DNA of 64,000 nt from Fuerstiella sp. (lineage in GTDB: Bacteria; Planctomycetota; Planctomycetia; Planctomycetales; Planctomycetaceae): positions 261,365 to 325,364 of the forward strand of contig JAQWOH010000043.1 of the NCBI GenBank assembly GCA_029245955.1, read 5' to 3'. Positions 47,413-56,600 of this stretch are shown here, piece by piece. The notes beneath the pieces are model-generated. The model was not told the DNA's origin. It saw only the letters and a program-made list of their open reading frames with translations, and searched no databases. Positions within the stretch are counted from its first letter, which is position 1, and every line of letters starts with the position of its first letter. The translations under genes were made by a program, and so were the position numbers.

Positions 47413-48846
47413 CTATCGGTCAATGGCTTCGGAGGCCACCTGAGCAGCCTCCTCCAGTCTTCCTCTGGCATGATCGGCCCACGGCCCTCGGGAATCGTGT
47501 CGCAGATATTTCTCCCAGTAGACGACAGCGTCGTCGTTCCGCTTCACCTGATCCAGCAGTTGTGCGTAATGCAGCAACGCATCAGGATTGCCTTCGTGTA
47601 TGGAGATTGCCGTAATGAGCGCCTCTTCAGCCAGCTGCCAGTTCTGCCTTGCCGTCTGCAGGCAGCCAAGCTGCGTCCACGCTTCGATGAAATCCGGCGC
47701 GAATTCTGTGGCGCAGTGATAACGTTCAATGGCGGCTTCTGTCTTTCCAGCGCGGTACAGAGCATCAGCCATGTGAAAGTTCACGTCGGCCGGATCGGGA
47801 AAGACCGGCCCCGCTTGTCCGGAGAACGACGTCTGGGATTCCCGCAGCAGGGCGTGCTCGGACGCCAGCAGACTCAAACAGTTGCGAAACGCATTGACTG
47901 CCGAATCAAAGGCGGCTTCTTCGGAAAGTCGACAACCTTCGTTGAACCACTCGTCGGCTGTCCACTCACTCATGCTGCGGTCATCCAGCTGCAGCCGGGC
48001 TTCAATGAAAGAAATTGTCGTCAGCTGCTCGTCTTCAGGTGTGAGGTTCGGTGTTTCCTCCCTCTCCTGGTCTGCCGCTGCTGGCTCTGCCGGATCGTCA
48101 CTGCAGTGAAGTGACAGATCTGCCGCCGTATCGAAATCCAGCAACCGTTGTCCCGATCCGGGAATCAGAACACCATGAGCATCACGCATCAGAACATTTT
48201 TGTCCTGAACCAGCAGGTTCAGTTGTGCCAGCGAGCGATCCGTTCCGGCCAGCGTACGGCTCAGCTCTGACAGGCTTTTCTCAAGACATTCCGGAGTCAC
48301 ACCCTCGTCCAGCAAACGTGCCAGCCGCTGCGCACTGGCCACCTCACGATAGTCGAAGTAGGGACAGCGTCCGACGATACTGACCGGACGAATCAACTGA
48401 ATTCGAGCCCATCGACGGATCACATTTCCAGGAACACCCAACAATGTCTGCAGCATTGCCGGTGTATAAGATCTGTGAATCTCTTCACGCCGTTCAATCA
48501 GGTTGATCAGGTGCAGCCAGTCAGACTCCGCAACAATGCGTATTTCAGCACCATCGGCCATCAACTGAGTCGCATGAGTCAGTTTCTGCGAAGCGGCCCC
48601 GTCTTCTTCCAACGGCCAGCCCTCTTCACCCACGACCAGCATCGACACACTTCCGGACATCGACTGAACAGCTCGCCCGCCATTCAATTCCACCAGCTCA
48701 GCGGCTTCTCGGTGAATCATAGACGCCAGCGTCCCCGTAAATGCAACGCACTCGCCGGCTAGCGGTAACGAACTGGCGAGCGGTAACGAACTGGCGAGCG
48801 AAGGCTGGCTGCATTCAGAAGATCCTTCAACAGACATCGTCCTCAT
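47413..48846 (-). CDS. BRCT domain + MerR-type HTH + TPR-repeat protein
   Basis: The BRCT segment is GECVAFTGTLASMIHREAAELVELNGGRAVQSMSGSVSMLVVGEEG...AEIRIVAESDWLHLI. The MerR-like HTH is YTPAMLQTLLGVPGNVIRRWARIQLIRPV...YFDYREVASAQRLARLLDEG. C-terminal TPRs are present (NFHMADALYRAGKTEAAIERYHCATEFAPDFIEAWTQLGCL...). Confidence 0.7.
   Translation of the reverse strand: MRTMSVEGSSECSQPSLASSLPLASSLPLAGECVAFTGTLASMIHREAAELVELNGGRAVQSMSGSVSMLVVGEEGWPLEEDGAASQKLTHATQLMADGAEIRIVAESDWLHLINLIERREEIHRSYTPAMLQTLLGVPGNVIRRWARIQLIRPVSIVGRCPYFDYREVASAQRLARLLDEGVTPECLEKSLSELSRTLAGTDRSLAQLNLLVQDKNVLMRDAHGVLIPGSGQRLLDFDTAADLSLHCSDDPAEPAAADQEREETPNLTPEDEQLTTISFIEARLQLDDRSMSEWTADEWFNEGCRLSEEAAFDSAVNAFRNCLSLLASEHALLRESQTSFSGQAGPVFPDPADVNFHMADALYRAGKTEAAIERYHCATEFAPDFIEAWTQLGCLQTARQNWQLAEEALITAISIHEGNPDALLHYAQLLDQVKRNDDAVVYWEKYLRHDSRGPWADHARGRLEEAAQVASEAIDR
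48763..48798. repeat. Perfect 18-bp in-frame tandem duplication inside the 5' end of the BRCT-MerR-TPR gene
   Basis: CGGTAACGAACTGGCGAG x2, read directly. It encodes the duplicated hexapeptide in ...LASSLPLASSLPLAG... Confidence 0.9.
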
Positions 48847-49220
48847 TGATTCCTTTTGACAGGGGACGGCTCACAGGCCGGATCGAACTGACACTCAAAA
48901 GATGCTGCACCACGTTCCTTGGTCGCTGGATCGCCACCACCAAAATCCGATGATCCTTTGTCTCCGGAATGGCAGACCATCAATCCGATTTAGGCGAACA
49001 TACCGTCGAATTCGGGCGATGGGTAGCAATCGACGCGTCTACTGATATAAGTCTGGAAATTGGCTCGAATCGGGCCTTTTGTGCCGCTGACAGTTGAAAA
49101 CCGCTGGCCACAGGTGCCGCGATGTTGATGTGATTCGCACACTGTTTCAGCTCTCTCACGATGAGAAGTCAACGTCACCGTTATAACCTCAACCACAGCT
49201 CGATTTTGACAGACGCCCAA

Positions 49221-50480
49221 ATGTCCACGATAGAAGCCACTGATTCAGCTGTCTGGAATGCAATCTGCGAAGAACGAACTCGCCAGGTTGATGGTCTGGA
49301 ACTGATTGCTTCCGAAAACTACACCAGCGCATCCGTCATGGAAGCAGCTGGCACAGTGCTGACGAACAAGTATGCCGAAGGTTATCCGGGCCGACGCTAT
49401 TACGGTGGCTGTGAGCACGTCGACAGTGTTGAAGAAATTGCCAGGAACCGCGCGTGTGAATTATTTGGGGCGGAGCACGCCAACGTGCAGCCGCATGCCG
49501 GATCTCAGGCAAACATGGCTGTCTACCTGACGGTCATGAAGCCCGGCGATACTGTACTGGCGATGGATCTCGCCCATGGAGGCCATTTGACGCACGGAAT
49601 GCGACTGAACTTCAGTGGAAAGTTATATAACACGGCTCACTATGGAGTCCGGGAGGACGACAACCGGATCGACTTCGACCAGGTGGCCGCTCTGGCAAAG
49701 GAGCATAAGCCGAAGATGATCATCGCGGGAGCCAGCGCCTATCCTCGCGAAATTGATCACGCAAAGTTCGCCGACATCGCCAGAGAAAATGGCGCCGTGC
49801 TGATGGTGGACATGGCTCACTATGCCGGACTCGTCGCGGGCGGTATTCATAACAGTCCCGTGCCGGTCGCCGATTTTGTCACGACAACAACTCACAAGAC
49901 ACTGCGGGGGCCACGTTCAGGGCTGGTGCTGTGTCGCAAAGACTCAGCAAAGGACATCGATCGCAGCGTCTTTCCGGGCATGCAGGGCGGACCGCTGATG
50001 CACATTGTTGCTGCGAAAGCCGTGTGTTTCGGAGAAGCTCTGCGACCGGAATTCAAGCGTTATGCCCAGCAAGTCGTCGACAACGCGAAAACGCTGGCCG
50101 ATGTACTTGTAGCGGGTGGTCTGCGTCTGGCGTCCGGCGGCACTGATAACCATCTGATGCTGTGTGATGTCACTGCCATCGACCTGTCCGGCAGCATCGC
50201 GGAAGTGGCGCTGGACAAGGCAGGTATCACCGTCAACAAGAACATGATTCCATTCGACAAACGTAAGCCGATGGATCCCAGTGGTATTCGCATCGGCACG
50301 GCCGCTCTGACAACGCGCGGCATGAAGACTGACGAAATGAAACGTGTCGGTGCGTGGATTCTGGAAGTGCTGAAACACACAAACGACGAATCCGAGCTGA
50401 ATCGAATTCGAGGTGCGATTGCGGAATTCGCGCAAGGATTTTCCGTACCGGGAATCGGGCAGGCAGCATCTACAGAATGA
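49221..50480 (+). CDS. glyA: Serine hydroxymethyltransferase
   Basis: ATG 49221 gives [15 protein letters not shown]. Matches include [25 protein letters not shown], the PLP-Lys region [13 protein letters not shown] and FPGMQGGP. Confidence 0.95.
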   Translation: MSTIEATDSAVWNAICEERTRQVDGLELIASENYTSASVMEAAGTVLTNKYAEGYPGRRYYGGCEHVDSVEEIARNRACELFGAEHANVQPHAGSQANMAVYLTVMKPGDTVLAMDLAHGGHLTHGMRLNFSGKLYNTAHYGVREDDNRIDFDQVAALAKEHKPKMIIAGASAYPREIDHAKFADIARENGAVLMVDMAHYAGLVAGGIHNSPVPVADFVTTTTHKTLRGPRSGLVLCRKDSAKDIDRSVFPGMQGGPLMHIVAAKAVCFGEALRPEFKRYAQQVVDNAKTLADVLVAGGLRLASGGTDNHLMLCDVTAIDLSGSIAEVALDKAGITVNKNMIPFDKRKPMDPSGIRIGTAALTTRGMKTDEMKRVGAWILEVLKHTNDESELNRIRGAIAEFAQGFSVPGIGQAASTE

Positions 50481-50579
50481 TGGTGCCCCTGCCGCGAGAC
50501 ATTCAACGAATGACAAACCTGAATCCGCTCTGATTCAGTTGCACCAGCAACCCACAGATCCTGTTTCTAATGCTTTGCG

Positions 50580-51344
50580 TCAGGCTGCGGCAGCCCAACG
50601 TGAACTGCGTGCGGTGTGGTGTGTTCCCGGAAGAACAAACTGCAAACCGTGTTTTTCAAGTTCACAGATCACCCGATCAATCGCCTCAGGAACCCAACTG
50701 CGATTTTCTGTCGACCGGTCCCAGTTCTCTTCCTGAATCTTCGGCGGGCACAGACTGCCATCGTGAAAGACGAACATGCCACCCCGGTGCCTTTTCGCGT
50801 TGGTAATCAGCAGATCCACAACGCCTGCAAAATTGTGCGGACCGACTCGAGTGTCCCAGCCGTAATGTGAAAGCAGGACGTGCTTCAGCCCAAGTTGGCG
50901 AACAGCTCGACGAACAGCGACCGTGACGATTCCAAATGGCGCACGAAAATAGTCTGATCGATAATTCTCAACTCCGAGTGCCGCACCGATTTCCTGATCG
51001 CACGCTGCAATCTCCTCAAGCAGTGTGGCGACATTTTGACGAATGGGGTGATCGTGACTCTGCGTGTGATTGATCAGCAAGTGGCCGGAATAGCTCATTC
51101 GCCGCACGACATCCGGATGCCGAAGAACCTGCTGACCCACGACGCAGAATCCGGCTCGGACAGAGTGCTGGTGCAAGACGTCCAGCAGATCGGAAGTGAC
51201 GTTGTCTTTGAGGTTGGGACCGTCGTCAAAGGTGACAGCCACCTGTCCTGGTAGCAGCCCTGTCAGGCGGGGGTTGCGCCGCATGATGGTGAACAACGAT
51301 AACACCAGAGTCCCTCGACAGCCTTCGATATTGCAGAAACCCAT
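50580..51344 (-). CDS. Polysaccharide deacetylase family protein (CE4/NodB)
   Basis: NodB motif 1 is VAVTFDDGPN. Motif 2 is LINHTQSHDH. A further match is RAPFG. The start is uncertain (ATG 51344 or ATG 51284). Confidence 0.8.
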   Translation of the reverse strand: MGFCNIEGCRGTLVLSLFTIMRRNPRLTGLLPGQVAVTFDDGPNLKDNVTSDLLDVLHQHSVRAGFCVVGQQVLRHPDVVRRMSYSGHLLINHTQSHDHPIRQNVATLLEEIAACDQEIGAALGVENYRSDYFRAPFGIVTVAVRRAVRQLGLKHVLLSHYGWDTRVGPHNFAGVVDLLITNAKRHRGGMFVFHDGSLCPPKIQEENWDRSTENRSWVPEAIDRVICELEKHGLQFVLPGTHHTARSSRWAAAA

Positions 51345-51571
51345 AAGGTAACTTCGGCGTTAAGCGGGTACCCGCTGTTCTGGAAGTCCGAAAAAACAGT
51401 GCTGTCGGACAAAAAACTTCAGTATCGCACCGTGTCGACAAACTTGCGGCGAAACCAGCCATCAGGCTCAAAACGATGAATAGGGGAAGTGTTGACCTAT
51501 TCCGTCCCCCGTTGCAGCCAGTCAAACGATTTTCCCCATCACGGCGACCTTTCTCGTATGCGTCCTCGAAG

Positions 51572-52444
51572 CTATTCGGCCGCGTCCCCAAGCTGCACCA
51601 TCGGCAGCACATCGTTCAGACTGCCGGACCGAAATCCCTCCAGATCCAGGGTTACGCGACGAAAGCCAAGTTCCTTCAATCGTACGGTGACGGCCATTCG
51701 CACCGCGTCTGTTGTCAAATGCGAAACGGATTCCAGAGGCACTTCGATTCTCGCCATTTCATCAGCTTCGTAACGAACACGCAGCTGATTAAGACCGGTC
51801 AGTGCGTGCAGGAAAGCCTCCGCCCGTTCGACACGATGAACTCGCTCTCGGGTGACTTCCACATGATATGCAATCCGACTACTCAGACATGGCGACGCCG
51901 GTTTTTCGGCAACCGACAGACTCCAGAATCGAGCCAGCTGTCGCACCTGTGATTTGTTGATTCCAACTTCGATCAGGGGGCTGCGAACGTGGTGTTCCTG
52001 AGCGGCCTTCATGCCAGGGCGGTGGTCTCCAAGGTCGTCCGTATTGGCTCCATTCACCATCACAGAGACTCCCAGGTCCGACAGCTTCGAGGCGGTGATT
52101 CGGTAAAGGGTATCCTTGCAGAAAAAACAGCGGTTTCCCGTGTTCGCTCTGTATTCCGGTCGCTCGAACTCGTTCGTCGCCACTTCAACATGCCGAATGC
52201 CAATCGACACTGCTTCGCTACGAGCAATCTGTAATTCCGAAGTCGCCAGGCTGTGACTGACAGCTGTGACGGCCACAGCTTTGTCACCGAATGCCTCAAC
52301 CGCGGCCCGGGCGACAACAGCGCTGTCAACGCCGCCGGAAAATGCGACCGCAACAGGACCGTACGCGTAGACATGCTTCACCAGATTCCCAGCCAGCGTC
52401 TCCGTCGCAGCAAACGTGTTCGAATTGGCTGAAGTAATCGTCAT
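51572..52444 (-). CDS. PP-loop ATP-utilising enzyme, LarE-like (ATP-dependent sacrificial sulfur transferase family, TIGR00268-like)
   Basis: The PP-loop is VAVAFSGGVDSAVVA. Further matches are NRCFFCK and the LarE-type Cys context ASPCLSSRI. Length is 290 aa. No larB/larC genes are in the window. Confidence 0.75.
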   Translation of the reverse strand: MTITSANSNTFAATETLAGNLVKHVYAYGPVAVAFSGGVDSAVVARAAVEAFGDKAVAVTAVSHSLATSELQIARSEAVSIGIRHVEVATNEFERPEYRANTGNRCFFCKDTLYRITASKLSDLGVSVMVNGANTDDLGDHRPGMKAAQEHHVRSPLIEVGINKSQVRQLARFWSLSVAEKPASPCLSSRIAYHVEVTRERVHRVERAEAFLHALTGLNQLRVRYEADEMARIEVPLESVSHLTTDAVRMAVTVRLKELGFRRVTLDLEGFRSGSLNDVLPMVQLGDAAE

Positions 52445-53105
52445 GTTGGATTATCCCGGGACGGTTCTGCACACAAACCATCCGGCTGATTCACTCCAAA
52501 GCACCGGACCTACAATGGTGGGAGAGTATCGGACCAACAAACAAAGGTCAGCCCTCCGGCCTGTCAATCCAGCGAAAGGAATGCCCAGAGTTTGCCGCAT
52601 TGTCGCCTGAAAAATCGGACCGCAGGCGAAACGACAGCTCGTAATGTCTAGTGAAGAGGAGATTTGTTGAACGAATTCAGATCACTGACTGCTGACACTA
52701 CTGGCTCTTTCGCTTTGAAGACATATCCACCGGAACGGGCGAGACCGGAAGATTCCGGGAAATTGTAAAATCGGCGCAAATGGTAGGGTTTGGGGGGCAG
52801 ATTAACATAGGCATATTACCCAAAATACAGCATTAATTCGCCGCAGCGACGTAAGCTAGCAGAGTGCAGCTCAGGTTCGAAATTGTTGAGACTACCTGAC
52901 TGATGGGCTCGTTTGCCCTATAGCCGCATGTGCGGCTGGTGTGCATAACACCCCCCTGAATCGTATCAGCTCCCTTTGCGGCACAGATCCAATGGTCGTC
53001 CCTACCATTCACTCACAACAATTTCATCCTGTAAGAAGGGCCAGCGGTATGCCGACAGCAGCCCGTTTATTTTGTCAATTTTCGATTCCACGCTTGGTAT
53101 TCCCC

Positions 53106-56100
53106 ATGGCTCTGCAACTTCGACGACTTCTGTTTTCAGTAGTCGTCACCGTGATCGTTCTAAACAGCGGGGACAGGGCGGCAGGACAGGATGAGGACGC
53201 CGTTCCTGAGTCTGCACAGGAAGACACCGACGACATCAAGAGCTGGGACCGCCTGATTTACGTGCCCTTCAAGGAACTCCGGAAAGTCTTTGACAACCAT
53301 GATGCGTCCGCCGTGATTCCGTATTCGGAATACATGCAGCTGTTGCGTCATTATCTGCAACAAACGGACACCCCTGCTGCGACACCTGACGCAGTCATCA
53401 CGGAATCCGCATTCAAAGGGAACGTGGAGAAGGACGTGGTCCGTATTCAGGCTGAATTCAAGGTGATGGTGTTGCAGGAACAGGGATGGGCGACTCTGCC
53501 GCTGAATTTAGGAGATGCGGCCGTCGGAAAAGTAACGAGCGCCGATGGCAGCGATGTTCTGCTTCAGGGCGTCTCGAATGGACACTACAGACTGTTGCTG
53601 AACGGCGCGGGCCTGCACTCTGTGACTCTGGAGCTGTTGGCCACGGTCAGGACGTCGCCGGAGAACCGATCCTTCCATTTGAATTGCCCGGCTGTCGGCA
53701 TCAGTGAACTGACCCTCACGATACCGGAACCGGATCAGTCAATTGCAGTCAGTCCACTGCAGGTTCTGTTACCAGTTGATGGCAGCAACGACAAACAGAC
53801 TGTCGTAAAGGCGAGTCTGGGAGCGACGGACAGCTTTCAGGTCAGCTGGAATCCTGAGGCGGGCGCCCGGCCCATTATGGATCTGCTGTCGAGTGTCTCC
53901 AATCAGACAGACGTTCGCGTAGAAGCGGGCCTCATTCAGACAACCACGACGCTGAACTATGAAATTCTGCGCGGAGAACTGACCGAAGTTTCAGTGAAAG
54001 CTCCACTGGATGCCCGCATAATCGACGTCGTTTCGGGGAATGGTCGAATTCGCGCCTGGAAGGCGGAGCCAGGCGAGAAGCATCAGGTGATTCGCATCGA
54101 GTTATTAGCACCGGTGTCCGACCGATTTCAGGTTGAGATTCAGACCGAGCGAGTCCCGGACGGAGATACATTCCAACTGATCGGGTACGACGATGTTGAG
54201 AAACTGCAGGGTATCCATGCGGATGGGGTCGTTCGCGAATCCGGACGCGTTGTCGTCACTTCAGACGCGTCCCTGACGACCATCGTAACATCACACTCCG
54301 GAATAAAACGGATTGATGTCACATCGCCGGGGAAGGGCGGTGACATTCAGGGGCGGCAGGCATGGGAGTTCAGCGGTACGACCGGACGTCTTGTTCTGCA
54401 AACACGTCCGGTAGAACCGCGTCTACTGGTTGATCAAAACAGCCGAATTGTATTCGGTGATGACGAAATTCGTTTATCGACTCGACTGACTTACACCGTG
54501 GAGCGGGCCGGGGTCTTTCAGCTTGAGCTGACGTTTCCGGAGACGCTGACCATCGACAGCGTGCGAGCGGACGGCATGAGCGAGTTTAACGCTGATAAAA
54601 CATCAGGCAAACTGTTGTTGTCTCTCGTGCAGAAACGAATCGGCAGAATCAACGTCGACGTTACAGCCCACCAGAGTTTTGATGCTGCTGCAGAGAATAC
54701 CGAAACGAACATTCCCACAGTTGTCCCCGGCGGAGTCGAACGTGAAACGGGCCGAGTTACGCTGTTCGCGCCGCAATTTCTGGACGTAGCAACAGTCAAC
54801 GAAAAGCTGAACGGCGTTTTCCCGGCGGAAGTTGCCGAGCCGCGTGCCGTCGGTCGAGCGGTGCGAGTTTCTGCGTGGAGATATACTCAACGTCCGTTCA
54901 GCCTCACCGTCCGGACTTCGCCGCGTCCTGCTCAACTGGCTGCGAGTATCGCCACGACGGCGAGCGTGGACCCGGACGTGATCAAGATCGAGAGCGTGCT
55001 GCAGTTCGACATCAGAAATGCCGGCATTGATACCTTTCGAATAGCGGTCCCGGTGTCGATCGTTGAGGAGATTCGATTTCGGTCACTGAATTCTCAGCAC
55101 GTCATTCAGCAGCGTGATAAGTCAACGGAAGTTATCGACGGCTGGGTCACATGGACTCTGGTTCTGCAGAACGAAGTGACCGGCACAGTCAAGCTGGGGG
55201 CAGACTGGGACGTTCCGATTAAGGAACTGGACAACATCACTCAAACTGAGTCGCTCACACTGGAACCGGTCCGTATCCTGCCCCCGTTTTCTGAAAAGCA
55301 GGGGGATAAACGTAAAGTGTCTCTGACCCAGACACGCGGCGAAATCCGATTACTCCGTCACGAGTCGCTGTCGATTACAGCGGACGGTGAGGGAGCGACG
55401 ATGGAACAGGTCGATGTTCGTGAACTGGAATTGTTGCCTCCGGACGGATATCTGGCGTTCCGGTACTTCTCTCAGCCAACGGCGACGACAATCACCATTC
55501 GAAAACATGAGATCCACGAAGTTGTCGGCACCGTCGTCTCGCGGTCCGCCGTCGAAATCGTGACTGACAAGCAGCGCCTCGCCAACTACCGCTGCCGTCT
55601 GAGAATCACGACCAGTGAACGACAGCGACTGCGAATCGACGTACCGGCGGGAGCGGATCTGCAGGCACCGTTGCTTAACTCCAGCCGCACAGCGTTTGAG
55701 GCCGCGACAGGCGTGAAAGCGATGCTCGGGTGGGACCCCTATTTCGTCAACATCAGCCGTACTGGAACCTCGGACGAGGAATTCCTGCTGTCATTCCAAT
55801 TCCGCTGCCCGATTTCTCTGCCCGACAGCTACCCGTACGAAGGACGCGGAAGTAGACAGACATTCCGGGTGCCGTCGGTGGGCGACGCTGGTGGCGGGAC
55901 AGTAACGCAACAGTCGCGCGTCGCCATCTGGACGCCCGAAGACGTATCTCTGGTTGGTGAACCGGAAAAATGGAATATTGCCGGCCGGCAGACGTGGTCG
56001 TTCTGGAACCCGCTGAATTCTCCCGCAACGGCACACGAAGCAGCAGCTCTGAATAATTGGGTCGGTGAAAGCAGCGGAGCTCCGGAATTCGCTCGTCAGG

Positions 56101-56600
56101 GCAATGTAACCGTCTACCGTTCACTTGGCCGACAGACCACGATCTCCGTTGTCTGGTGGAATCGTCCGTTCCTTGTCGCCGTGATCAGTGGCGCACTGGT
56201 GTTCGTCGGTTTCATTCTGCGGCACACAACATGGGAAAACCGTATCACATTAACGGTGCTTGTATGTCTTGGTGTATCCGTTTGGTCACTGAATGACAGT
56301 TCCGAAACACTGCAGTTCGTGTCGGCAGGTTCGCTGGGGCTTGTAGCCGTGGCGGGCATCTGGTTGACCGGACTGTTCCTGGGGCATAGCTCAGGAGCAG
56401 GACCGAACTCAGAATCTAATCGCCACGATCCGCCGACAGACGCTCATCCTGTGGACGATCACCCGTCAACACCACCTACGGATCCACCTCCCGCCGTTAA
56501 TCCCGTTGTTCCAGACAATGTTCCGTCAACGCCGGCTGCGGCAGTGAGTCCGTCTCCCGACGTGGCGAACTGGATGAATGACCTGATGGGAGGCAAGTAA
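53106..56600 (+). CDS. Giant envelope protein, module A: signal peptide + ~1000-aa ectodomain + 3 C-terminal TM helices + Pro-rich tail; no recognisable family
   Basis: ATG 53106 gives MALQLRRLLFSVVVTVIVLNSGDRAAGQ (signal). The track ORF starts at GTG 52941. The C-terminal helices are FLVAVISGALVFVGFIL, ITLTVLVCLGVSVWSL and AGSLGLVAVAGIWLTGLFLG. The tail is PPTDAHPVDDHPSTPPTDPPPAVNPVVPDNVPSTP. Confidence 0.8.
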   Translation: MALQLRRLLFSVVVTVIVLNSGDRAAGQDEDAVPESAQEDTDDIKSWDRLIYVPFKELRKVFDNHDASAVIPYSEYMQLLRHYLQQTDTPAATPDAVITESAFKGNVEKDVVRIQAEFKVMVLQEQGWATLPLNLGDAAVGKVTSADGSDVLLQGVSNGHYRLLLNGAGLHSVTLELLATVRTSPENRSFHLNCPAVGISELTLTIPEPDQSIAVSPLQVLLPVDGSNDKQTVVKASLGATDSFQVSWNPEAGARPIMDLLSSVSNQTDVRVEAGLIQTTTTLNYEILRGELTEVSVKAPLDARIIDVVSGNGRIRAWKAEPGEKHQVIRIELLAPVSDRFQVEIQTERVPDGDTFQLIGYDDVEKLQGIHADGVVRESGRVVVTSDASLTTIVTSHSGIKRIDVTSPGKGGDIQGRQAWEFSGTTGRLVLQTRPVEPRLLVDQNSRIVFGDDEIRLSTRLTYTVERAGVFQLELTFPETLTIDSVRADGMSEFNADKTSGKLLLSLVQKRIGRINVDVTAHQSFDAAAENTETNIPTVVPGGVERETGRVTLFAPQFLDVATVNEKLNGVFPAEVAEPRAVGRAVRVSAWRYTQRPFSLTVRTSPRPAQLAASIATTASVDPDVIKIESVLQFDIRNAGIDTFRIAVPVSIVEEIRFRSLNSQHVIQQRDKSTEVIDGWVTWTLVLQNEVTGTVKLGADWDVPIKELDNITQTESLTLEPVRILPPFSEKQGDKRKVSLTQTRGEIRLLRHESLSITADGEGATMEQVDVRELELLPPDGYLAFRYFSQPTATTITIRKHEIHEVVGTVVSRSAVEIVTDKQRLANYRCRLRITTSERQRLRIDVPAGADLQAPLLNSSRTAFEAATGVKAMLGWDPYFVNISRTGTSDEEFLLSFQFRCPISLPDSYPYEGRGSRQTFRVPSVGDAGGGTVTQQSRVAIWTPEDVSLVGEPEKWNIAGRQTWSFWNPLNSPATAHEAAALNNWVGESSGAPEFARQGNVTVYRSLGRQTTISVVWWNRPFLVAVISGALVFVGFILRHTTWENRITLTVLVCLGVSVWSLNDSSETLQFVSAGSLGLVAVAGIWLTGLFLGHSSGAGPNSESNRHDPPTDAHPVDDHPSTPPTDPPPAVNPVVPDNVPSTPAAAVSPSPDVANWMNDLMGGK

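Noticed and set aside
48847-49220. ZTP/THF-type riboswitch in the glyA leader
   Set aside because: I could not find a match to the ZTP (pfl) motif as I recall it (a GGGUCGUGACUGGCG-like 5' segment followed by a CGCCUGGGC-like 3' segment). The 76-aa antisense ORF here also looks spurious.
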